From NCBI GenBank assembly GCA_033764865.1, contig JANRIM010000017.1, positions 14,760 through 78,759 of the forward strand: a stretch of 64,000 bases of DNA, given 5' to 3'. This DNA is from Hyphomonadaceae bacterium. Its GTDB lineage: Bacteria; Pseudomonadota; Alphaproteobacteria; Caulobacterales; Aquidulcibacteraceae. The notes beneath the pieces were generated by a model. It ran no database searches. It saw only the letters and a program-made list of their open reading frames with translations, and had not been told where the DNA came from. Numbering within the stretch: the stretch's first letter is position 1; every line of letters begins with the position of its first letter. This document shows, piece by piece, positions 22,064 to 32,110 of the stretch. The position numbers were made by a program, and so were the translations under genes.

Positions 22064-23521
22064 ATGGTTCGCATCGGGCGGCTGATCGCGTTCACCCTGC
22101 TGGCCCTGCTGTCGCTTCACCCCGCCGCGCACGCGCAGGGCCGGCGCGTGGCGCTCATCATCGCCAACGACACGTACGCCGGGTACGCCCCGCTCAACAA
22201 TCCGCGCGCGGATTCAGCGGTCGTGGCGGCGGCGCTGACGCGTGCGGGCTTCGAGACGCCGGTGACGCGGCTCAATCTCGGCGTGGCGGAGACGCTGCGC
22301 GCTCTGGGGGAATTCCAGCAGCGGGCGCAGGGCGCGGAGCTGGCGGTGGTCTACTACGCCGGGCACGGCGTGGAAGTGGGCGGGCAAAACTGGCTCGTGC
22401 CCACCGACGCCCGCCTCGCCGTCGATGCCGATCTCGCGTTCCAGGGTGTGGAAGCCGCCAAGCTCATCGAGGCCACCGCCGGCGCGCGGGCGCGCATGGT
22501 GGTGCTCGATGCGTGCCGGGACAATCCGTTCCTGCCGCGCATGCGCCGCACCGTCGCCGTCGCCCGCAACGGCGGCCCGGGCCTTGCGGCGCCGAACCAG
22601 GCGCAGACCGCGCGCGGCACGCTCATCGTGCTCTCGGCGGAGCCCGGCGCGCTCGCCACCGACGGCGCCCCCGGCGCGCCGAGCCCGTTCGCCCGCGCCT
22701 TCGCGCGCTGGCTGCCGGAACCGGGGCTGGAGCTGCGCCTCGCCGTCGGGCGCATGCAGGACGAGGTGTGGGACGCCACCGGCCAGAAGCAACTCCCGCA
22801 CATGGTCAGCACGCTCTCCGGGCAGAACCTCGTGCTGGTCTCGGCGCCGGCGCGCGTGGACCCGGAAACGCAAGCGCTGCGGCAGCGCGTAGCGGAGCTG
22901 GAGGCGGCAGGGAAAGCGGCGGCGCCCGTGTCGCGGCCGCCGGTCATTTCGCCGCCAGTTGCCGACCCACCCCGGACTCAGCAACGGCAACCGGCGAACG
23001 CTGTCGCCGAGCAGCCATCGGCCACGACCTACTCCGCCGTCGAAAAGGGTGATCTCATCATCATTCCCGGACGCGGTGCGCGGTCGTACTCGGTGGAGAC
23101 GTACTCGTGGAGCGTCACAAACTCTCGCAACCGGCACATGCCCGACATCCAGGTGGATATGCACATCGAAGGCCGCAACAAGCTGGTGTTTCGCGCCGGG
23201 GGTATGACCTCTACGGGCGGCTCGTGGACCAAAGGCAGCATTACCCTAGAGTTTTCTTTGGCGTCCAATCCATCGTTCCCGAGAAAGGTCAGCCGCGCTA
23301 GTACGGTCATCGGAGGCAGGAGAGACGCCAATCTTCAGATTGAGCTTTCGTCGTTCAGCCAAATTGCGTCCGTTTCCTTGCTCGGCCCCCAGTTGCTGCT
23401 CTCAACCTGCGTGGAAGCCGGGGTTGCCGAAAGCAGCTGTGCGACGAGCGCCAACCTCATTCACGGGGAAGCCGTCGGGGTACTTGGTCAAATCATCGAC
23501 GACAAACTTGGCCGTCGCTGA
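22064..23521 (+). CDS. exported caspase-like peptidase (C14, orthocaspase) with unrecognised C-terminal domain
   Basis: Signal peptide MVRIGRLIAFTLLALLSLHPAAHA. Catalytic His in VVYYAGHGVEVGG and Cys in VVLDACRDNPF. A Pro-rich linker precedes a C-terminal region of about 170 aa that is beta-rich and lower in GC. Confidence 0.85.
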   Translation: MVRIGRLIAFTLLALLSLHPAAHAQGRRVALIIANDTYAGYAPLNNPRADSAVVAAALTRAGFETPVTRLNLGVAETLRALGEFQQRAQGAELAVVYYAGHGVEVGGQNWLVPTDARLAVDADLAFQGVEAAKLIEATAGARARMVVLDACRDNPFLPRMRRTVAVARNGGPGLAAPNQAQTARGTLIVLSAEPGALATDGAPGAPSPFARAFARWLPEPGLELRLAVGRMQDEVWDATGQKQLPHMVSTLSGQNLVLVSAPARVDPETQALRQRVAELEAAGKAAAPVSRPPVISPPVADPPRTQQRQPANAVAEQPSATTYSAVEKGDLIIIPGRGARSYSVETYSWSVTNSRNRHMPDIQVDMHIEGRNKLVFRAGGMTSTGGSWTKGSITLEFSLASNPSFPRKVSRASTVIGGRRDANLQIELSSFSQIASVSLLGPQLLLSTCVEAGVAESSCATSANLIHGEAVGVLGQIIDDKLGRR

Positions 23522-23601
23522 CAGCGATTGTGCGCCCAACATTTCAATTGCGCCCTGCCGCCGCCCCATCGCATCCTCACAGGCCGCGCAGGGAGCACGC
23601 C

Positions 23602-24294
23602 ATGGCGTTTGCAGGGTTCGGGAAGGACTTCTTCGGTTTCCTCCGGGATCTTGCGGCCCACAACGATCGCGCGTGGTTCGAGGCGAACAAGCAGCGCTAT
23701 CGCGATACCGTCGTCGCGCCCGTTTCGGCGTTCATCACCGCGCTTGCGCCCAAGTTGCGCAAGGTCTCCCCGCAATTCGTGGCCGATCCGCGCCCGGTGG
23801 GCGGGTCCATGTTCCGCATCCACCGCGACACGCGCTTCGCCAAGGACAAAAGCCCCTACAAGACGCACACCGGGGTGCAGTTCCGCCACGCCGCCGGCAA
23901 GGACGCGCACGCCCCCGGCTTCTACCTGCACCTGGAGCCGAGGCGGGTGTTCTACGGCGGCGGCGTGTGGATGCCCGCGCCGACGCTGCTGGGCGCCGTG
24001 CGCCAGCGCATCGCCGACGAGCCCGCCGCCTGGCGCAAGGCGCTGTCGGCGCCGTCGCTGGTGGAGACGTTCGGGGGCCTAGCGCCCGGGGACCCGCTGC
24101 TGCGGCCGCCGCGCGGCTTCGACCCCGCGCACCCGCACATCGAGGACATCAAGAAGCGCAGCTTTTTCCTCATGGTGGAGGCCACGGAGGCGGACGCCGG
24201 CAAGCCCGCGTTCCTGCACGACGTGGCCGAGGCCTACCTCGCCGCGCGGCCCGTGATGCGCTTCCTCACCGCGGCGAGCGGCCACCCGTTCTGA
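23602..24294 (+). CDS. DUF2461 / TIGR02453 family protein
   Basis: FFGFLRDLAAHNDRAWFEANKQRY…SMFRIHRDTRFAKDKSPYKTH. I prefer the ATG at 23602. Confidence 0.8.
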   Translation: MAFAGFGKDFFGFLRDLAAHNDRAWFEANKQRYRDTVVAPVSAFITALAPKLRKVSPQFVADPRPVGGSMFRIHRDTRFAKDKSPYKTHTGVQFRHAAGKDAHAPGFYLHLEPRRVFYGGGVWMPAPTLLGAVRQRIADEPAAWRKALSAPSLVETFGGLAPGDPLLRPPRGFDPAHPHIEDIKKRSFFLMVEATEADAGKPAFLHDVAEAYLAARPVMRFLTAASGHPF

Positions 24295-24564
24295 GCCGCG
24301 CAGGACGCATCCCCGTTCATGATTTGTCCCCGCCCACACCGCTTTTGCTGAAGCGCGCTTCTTCGCGGCGCCGGCTGACCCTTGGAGACGGCGCACCATA
24401 CCCTGAAGCGCCATCCGCAGATTTTCAGGTCGAAGACTTCCCGACAACTTGCCATGCCCTGTCGCGTGTCGCAGCAGAGCTGTCTGATAACGGGCAGGCG
24501 CACCGCCGAAATCTTCCGACGCCCAAGTAACTCACAATTGTCGCATTCCCGTCAAGCGCGAAAT

Positions 24565-26169
24565 CTACAGCGGCAGAACGCGCGGCGGCGCCCGCCCGAC
24601 GGGCGCCTCCACCAGCAGCGCCGTCAACGCCCACACCAGCGCGTCCACACGGTCGCGCAGGCCCGCGTCGTCATCGCGCGAGAGCGCCATCATCTCCTCC
24701 TCCAGCGCTGCGAACGCCCCGCAGTGCGTGACGCGCCCCTGCTCGTAGAGCGCAGCGACAGGTTCCGCGCGAACGCGTTTGGCGTCGGTGGCGTGGACGA
24801 GGCGCACCGCGCACGGCGCGCCGGCGCTGGCCAGCATCGCGCGCACCATGGCGCCGCCCTGGTTCGCCTCCGCCACGATGCGCTGCGCGCCGAACCGCCG
24901 CGCGGCGTCGCACGCGCGCTGCGCCCACCCCAGCGGCGAGAGCCCGCGCGCGGTCTCATCGGCCAGCACGAAGCCGCGCCGCCCCACGCGCCCCGCCGCC
25001 ACGATTCCGCACGCCGCGCCCTCCGCGCCCGCCGGCGGATCCACCGCCACCACCACGGCGTCGTACGCCGGTGGCGCATGCCCCCGCACCAGCGCCAGAT
25101 CCTGCGCGCGCCACAGCGCGCCACCGGTCTCCACCATCACGCCGTCGAGCTCCTGCGCGGCGAAGCGCGTGTCGCCGTAGATGTCGCGCAGGTTCTCCAG
25201 GAAGCCCGGCGCAAGATGGGCGGCGTTGGCGGCCGAGCCCGCCTGCGTGACCACGCACGAGGCCTCGCCGCGCAGCCGGCGCAGCTCCCGCATCGGCTTC
25301 GGCGTCGTCGTCACCACCAGGCGCGGGTCGACGCCGCGCCGCAGGCCCATGCGCAGCATCGTCAGCGTATAGGCCGGGCGCGCCCACGCGCAGAATTCGT
25401 CGGCCCACGCAGCGTCGAACTGCGGCCCGCGCAGACGCTCCGGCTCCTGGCTGGAAAAGGCGAACGCCACCGCCCCGCTGGGAAACACCAGCCGCTGGCG
25501 GCCGGCCTCGAACCGCGGCGCCGCGCGATCGGGCAGGTGCGCGAGACCCGAGGGGCCGTCGATCATCACCTCGCGCACATCGCGCATCGCCCCGCCCACC
25601 AGCGCGATGCGCGCCGCGCCATGACGGGCGGCGAAATCGGCGATCCATTCCGCGCCGGCGCGCGTCTTGCCAGCGCCGCGCCCGCCCTGGAACAGCCACG
25701 TGCGCCACGCGCCGTCCGGAGGCAATTGCGCTGCGTGCGCGCGCGTGCGCCACAGCGCGGCGGCGGCCTCTGGTGTGGGCGTCGGATCGGGGTCGGGCGG
25801 CTTCGCGGTCGCGCACTTCGTCTTGGACATGCCCTCACGACAGATCCTGCCGTGGAACGTCGCCCGGTTGATGCCGTGGCGCCGGCAGACCACGGTGGCC
25901 GTCTCGCCGGCGAGATACTCAGCGATCGCCGCATCCCACGCCGCCTGCGGGCGATGCACGCGCCTGACGATCGGCGTCTTCGGCGGCGCCGTGCGGCCCG
26001 ACGCGCGCGTGAGCCCGAGCGCGCTCGCCTTCGTGTAGATCGCGCTCACGCTCATGCCGTGACGCGCGGAAACGGCGGCGGCGCTCGCGCCCTCTGCGTA
26101 CATCGTCATCGCGGCGCGCCAGTCCTCCTCGGTGTAGCCGCGGCGGCGCTTTGGGGATGGGTGGACCAT
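24565..26169 (-). CDS. phage/GTA-type terminase large subunit with N-terminal double-HTH extension
   Basis: Walker A WLFQGGRGAGKTRAGAEW; C-terminal nuclease-like DRVDALVWALTALL. The N-terminus holds two HTH-like repeats (…AAVSARHGMSVSAIYTKA… and …TVVCRRHGINRATFHGRI…). The start is uncertain (26169 up to 26298). Confidence 0.85.
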   Translation of the reverse strand: MVHPSPKRRRGYTEEDWRAAMTMYAEGASAAAVSARHGMSVSAIYTKASALGLTRASGRTAPPKTPIVRRVHRPQAAWDAAIAEYLAGETATVVCRRHGINRATFHGRICREGMSKTKCATAKPPDPDPTPTPEAAAALWRTRAHAAQLPPDGAWRTWLFQGGRGAGKTRAGAEWIADFAARHGAARIALVGGAMRDVREVMIDGPSGLAHLPDRAAPRFEAGRQRLVFPSGAVAFAFSSQEPERLRGPQFDAAWADEFCAWARPAYTLTMLRMGLRRGVDPRLVVTTTPKPMRELRRLRGEASCVVTQAGSAANAAHLAPGFLENLRDIYGDTRFAAQELDGVMVETGGALWRAQDLALVRGHAPPAYDAVVVAVDPPAGAEGAACGIVAAGRVGRRGFVLADETARGLSPLGWAQRACDAARRFGAQRIVAEANQGGAMVRAMLASAGAPCAVRLVHATDAKRVRAEPVAALYEQGRVTHCGAFAALEEEMMALSRDDDAGLRDRVDALVWALTALLVEAPVGRAPPRVLPL

Positions 26170-26304
26170 GCCGCCATGATGCCCCACGGGCGCGCCCCCC
26201 GGATTGGCGGGGCGCATTGATGCGAAACGCCTTGAATAAAGGGGTTTTTGGTGGGGACAGTGGGGTGGGCTTGTCCCCGCATTTGTGTGACGACGCACCT
26301 CATG

Positions 26305-26398
26305 AGGACCGCCGGCGCCCTCGCCGGCGAGCGGTGGTCAAACCGAGAGCGTTAGCTTCACAGACCAAACACCGGGCCGGCGGGGCGCCGGCGGTCCT
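26305..26398. repeat. REPIN-like doublet (two inverted REP hairpins), left of RAYT
   Basis: aggaccgccggcgccc (26305-26320) is the exact reverse complement of gggcgccggcggtcct (26383-26398). Each arm also contains the hairpin gccggcg…cgccggc. Confidence 0.7.
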
Positions 26399-26936
26399 AA
26401 CCGCAGCCTGTTTTGCGATGTCGTGACGCAGAGGAGAACAGCCAGTCTTCCGGCGCCTTCACGAGGCCGGCTTTCACAGGATTGCCCTCCACATAGGCGA
26501 TCGTCCGCGCAAGGTGGCCGTCATCCCGCATGAAACGATCAAAATACTCACGACGCCAAAAACGCCCGCGTCGCCCCAAGCGCGCATTGATCCGATGGGC
26601 CGTGACTGATTTCCAGGACTGGACGACAGCGGACAAGCGGGCGCCCGAAAGCTGTTCGAACACCACATGCACGTGGTTCGGCATGACGCACCATGCCAGA
26701 AGCCGATACCGTTCACCGTCACTGTGGAGCAGCGCATTCTCGACGATGGGGGCGATGTCGTCTACGCGAAGCAGGCAGCTTCCGAACCCGGCGTCCAGAT
26801 GGTCGTCGCTTTCAAAGGCGATGCCCGGCGGCAACGCATCTGCCTGCCCGAACGCCACGTGCTGCACGGCCGCGCTCGAATCGCAGTGAGGCAGATAGCC
26901 ACGGGAATACCATCCCGCGTGTCCGCCCGCCGTCAT
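26397..26936 (-). CDS. REP-associated tyrosine transposase (RAYT; IS200/IS605 Y1-like)
   Basis: YLPH, HUH motif MPNHVHVVF and catalytic Tyr region TIAYVEGNPVKAGL. I prefer the start at MTAGGHAGWYSRGYLPH (26936), because the upstream part of the tracked ORF runs through the REP sequence. Confidence 0.8.
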   Translation of the reverse strand: MTAGGHAGWYSRGYLPHCDSSAAVQHVAFGQADALPPGIAFESDDHLDAGFGSCLLRVDDIAPIVENALLHSDGERYRLLAWCVMPNHVHVVFEQLSGARLSAVVQSWKSVTAHRINARLGRRGRFWRREYFDRFMRDDGHLARTIAYVEGNPVKAGLVKAPEDWLFSSASRHRKTGCG

Positions 26937-26996
26937 GCCAGTACCCCCGCCGTCCCCGCGAGGACGGTACCAAAGTGAAGCGGGATGTCCACGAGC

Positions 26997-27086
26997 AGGA
27001 CCGCCGGCGCCCCGCCGGCATGCGGTGACCAAACCAGCCGACAGCATCACAGACCAAACACCGGGCCGGCGAGGCGCCGGCGGTGC
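26997..27086. repeat. REPIN-like doublet, right of RAYT (same orientation as the left copy)
   Basis: The 5' ~24 nt and 3' ~40 nt are nearly identical to 26305-26398 (tcacagaccaaacaccgggccggcg[g/a]ggcgccggcggt); the central part has diverged. Confidence 0.7.
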
Positions 27087-27241
27087 AGCCGCAAGACTGG
27101 GCGTGGAGTTCGGCGGTATGGCGGCGCCTGCGCGCGAGGGTGAGCTGGGATAGCGGGGTCGCGCGTCCAAAAGAACGTCATCGGGATCGCGGGCCTCTGG
27201 CCCGCAGCCTTGCGCCAATCACCCAGCGCGGCAGGCGCGCT

Positions 27242-27347
27242 TCACACATCCACCGCTGCATCCAGCGCGTTCGCCTGGATGAAGTCCCGCCGGGGCTCCA
27301 CGATGTCGCCCATCAGCTTGGTGAAGAGGTCCTCGGCGTCGTCGGCG
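27242..27347 (-). pseudogene. detached copy of the gyrB 3' end (last ~35 codons plus stop)
   Basis: 27242-27328 is identical to 28079-28165 (87/87), and the next 19 nt match at 17/19. It encodes …[30 protein letters not shown]-stop with no upstream gyrB sequence. Confidence 0.85.
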
Positions 27348-27379
27348 CACACGCGCCGAACGGACGACACAACCGGCGT

Positions 27380-27736
27380 TCAGTCCTTCAGGGGCCGAAT
27401 GCGCGCGGTTGTCCAGTTGATCACGAGGACCGAGTTTTCAAGGCTTCTTGCGGTTTGGATCGCCTCCACGACGCGCTGCGAGACGCGCGTCCAGTCCCGC
27501 CCCTTCAGCCGGAGCAAGACATAGCCGGCGGCAGGCAGTCCCCTACGCAGGATCAATTCACCGAAATCGCGATCCTGCGCGATCACGATGCGGCCTTCAG
27601 AGACCGCCGCCGCAAGCACGGAGTCATCTGTGGCTGATCGCATTGTCGTCACGCTGCGTACGATGTCGAAGCCCGCCTCTTCCAGCGCATCGACAACAGG
27701 ATCGGGACAACTCTCATCGGCGAGAAACTTGTACAT
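27380..27736 (-). CDS. DUF5615 (PIN-like, Mut7-C-type) putative toxin
   Basis: MYKFLADESCPDPVVDALEEAGFDIV…DDSVLAAAVSEGRIVIAQDRDFGELI matches the DUF5615/COG4634 pattern. Confidence 0.75.
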   Translation of the reverse strand: MYKFLADESCPDPVVDALEEAGFDIVRSVTTMRSATDDSVLAAAVSEGRIVIAQDRDFGELILRRGLPAAGYVLLRLKGRDWTRVSQRVVEAIQTARSLENSVLVINWTTARIRPLKD

Positions 27737-27803
27737 TGGGCGCCCCGGCTCGGTTCGACACGTCCAGCGGTCGCGGCGTTCGGATTACCAATGTGTTTCG
27801 AAG

Positions 27804-28031
27804 CTACTCGGCCGCGATAAGGCCTTCATGGCTCAGGTAGTGTGCGGCATAGGTGGCCGCGGCGCGGATATCCTCCACGCTCAGATGTCGGTGGCCCTCG
27901 ATAATCTCGTCTGCCGTGAGCCCCTCGCCCAAGTACTCAAGGATCAACTCCACGGTGATCCGTGTCCCCTTGATGCAGGGTTTGCCGCCCATGATGGCGG
28001 GGTCGCGGGCGATGCGGTCGAGGAGAGACAT
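27804..28031 (-). CDS. DUF433 putative antitoxin
   Basis: DPAIMGGKPCIKGTRITVELILEYLGEGLTADEII…LSVEDIRAAATYA matches the DUF433/COG2442 pattern. It lies upstream of the DUF5615 gene. Confidence 0.8.
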   Translation of the reverse strand: MSLLDRIARDPAIMGGKPCIKGTRITVELILEYLGEGLTADEIIEGHRHLSVEDIRAAATYAAHYLSHEGLIAAE

Positions 28032-28078
28032 GAGAAATACCTAGCACAACCGGACGAGAATGACACGCCAAGCCACCC

Positions 28079-30535
<2,457 letters not shown>

Positions 30536-30596
30536 TCAATGTAGGGAGTCGCCCCCCGAAAGTCCCGAAAATCCGGCGCCGAAAGCAGCATTCGTG

Positions 30597-30977
30597 CTAT
30601 GCGTCCGCCCCTTGCGCCCCAAGGCATAGCCAGGGGAGTTCCAGTTCCGGAAAATCGGCCTTCTCGGGGGCGAAGTTTTCGGGTTCGTCCAGAGCCCCCA
30701 GATGGATGTGGATCTCACCTGGCAGGTTGTCGCCCTCGAAGGTCAGCGTCGATCCGCAGGCGCCGCAAAAGCCCCGCCAGGCCCCCGGCGACGACCCGAA
30801 TCGCGTGGGCGCGCCTGCGACAAACCGGACATCCGCCCGCCGGAAATCCACATAGGCGGCGACCGGCGCCCCCGTCTGCTTTCGGCAGCTTCCGCAATGG
30901 CAAAACGCCACCATCAACGGGGCCGCCGCGGCCTCGAACCGCACGGCGCCGCACAGGCATCCTCCGGTGATCGTCAT
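30597..30977 (-). CDS. GFA family protein (CENP-V/glutathione-dependent formaldehyde-activating fold)
   Basis: GGCLCGAVRF, CHCGSCRK and FCGACGS zinc-binding cysteines. I prefer the start at MTITGG (30977). Confidence 0.8.
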   Translation of the reverse strand: MTITGGCLCGAVRFEAAAAPLMVAFCHCGSCRKQTGAPVAAYVDFRRADVRFVAGAPTRFGSSPGAWRGFCGACGSTLTFEGDNLPGEIHIHLGALDEPENFAPEKADFPELELPWLCLGAQGADA

Positions 30978-30985
30978 GGCCCCTC

Positions 30986-32110
30986 CTACACCGCCACCAT
31001 TTGCGCGCGGGCGCCAAAGGCCTCGAAGAGGCCGATCTCCGTGCCTGTGAGCCACGCCTGCCCCGGCAGCGCGAGCAGTTCCTCATAGAGGGCGGCGCGG
31101 CGGGCGGGATCGAGGTGGGCGGCGGCTTCGTCCCGCAGCAGCAGCGCGGGGCCTGCGCCGGGATCGTCCGCCAGCGCGCGGCCGTGCGCCAGGATGAGAC
31201 CCAGCAGCAGCGCCTTTTGCTCGCCCGTGGAGCACTGGTCGGCGGGCATGTCCTTGGGCGCATGGCGCACGAGCAGGTCGGACCGGTGCGGGCCCTCAAG
31301 GGTGCGCCCGGCCTTGGCGTCACGCGCGCGGCCGCGCAGCAGCGTCTCCAGGAAGTCGTCCTCGATGTCGGCGCTGGCGCGGCCTTCGGCGAACGCGGCC
31401 TCCAGCGCGCCTTCCAGCGCGATGTTCGCCTTGGGAAACGCGCCATCGGGGCGCTGCGCGATGGTATCGCGGAGCCGCTCCAGCGTCTCCAGCCGCGCGG
31501 CCGCCATGGCGCAGCCGTTCGCGGCCATCTCGCGCTCCAGCGCGTGCAGCCAGGCGGCGTCGCCCACCTCCTCGTTCAGCAGCCGCTGACGTTCACGCAT
31601 GGCGCGCTCGTAGGCCGCGGCCGTCTGGCCATGCTCCGGCGCGCGGCCAAGCACAAGTCGATCGAAGAAACGGCGGCGATCGCCCGCCGCGCCGGCGAAC
31701 AGGCGATCCATCGCCGGCGTGAGCCATGACAGGCGCGCCGCACGCGCGAGATCGCTGGCCGTGGCGGCGCGCCCATCGATGCGCGCGATGCGGCGGACGC
31801 CCGCCTCAGTGCGTTCGGCGCCGACGCCGAGCGCCAGCGTCTCGCCATCGGCGACCATGCGCGCCGATATCGTCCATGGCCGCGGACGTTGCGCTGCGCC
31901 ATCGACGCCGCCACGCGCCACGTCCATGAGCCCGGCGCCGCGCAGTCCCCTGCCCGGCGCGAGCATCGTCAGCGCTTCCAGAATGTTGGTCTTCCCCGCC
32001 CCGTTGGGCCCGTGCAGGCAGACCGGGCGCGCATCGAGTTCCAGATCCAGCGCGGCGTGGCTGCGGAAATCCGTCAGCGTGAGACGCGCGCAGTGAAGCC
32101 TTGGGGTCAC
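30986..32110 (-). CDS. recF: DNA replication and repair protein RecF
   Basis: Walker A LHGPNGAGKTNILEA; 374 aa. Its start overlaps the dnaN stop by 4 nt. Confidence 0.93.
   Translation of the reverse strand: MTPRLHCARLTLTDFRSHAALDLELDARPVCLHGPNGAGKTNILEALTMLAPGRGLRGAGLMDVARGGVDGAAQRPRPWTISARMVADGETLALGVGAERTEAGVRRIARIDGRAATASDLARAARLSWLTPAMDRLFAGAAGDRRRFFDRLVLGRAPEHGQTAAAYERAMRERQRLLNEEVGDAAWLHALEREMAANGCAMAAARLETLERLRDTIAQRPDGAFPKANIALEGALEAAFAEGRASADIEDDFLETLLRGRARDAKAGRTLEGPHRSDLLVRHAPKDMPADQCSTGEQKALLLGLILAHGRALADDPGAGPALLLRDEAAAHLDPARRAALYEELLALPGQAWLTGTEIGLFEAFGARAQMVAV

Noticed and set aside
23522-24294. Possibility that the gene downstream of the caspase-like protease is a gasdermin-type or other protease-activated effector.
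   Set aside because: The downstream ORF matches the DUF2461/TIGR02453 pattern well along its length and shows no feature of pore-forming effectors. No operon-like coupling is evident (80-nt gap).
24382-26220. 612-aa plus-strand ORF.
   Set aside because: It is antisense to the terminase gene, and its translation is dominated by Arg/Ala/His.
26937-27218. N-terminal extension of the RAYT ORF.
   Set aside because: It reads straight through the right-hand REPIN-like repeat and has no transposase similarity. The family N-terminus (…SRGYLPH) begins at the ATG at 26936.
30597-30977. The GFA-family gene between gyrB and recF as a possible insertion.
   Set aside because: It is a small ordinary metabolic gene with native-looking GC and no flanking repeats, so there is nothing to suggest mobility.
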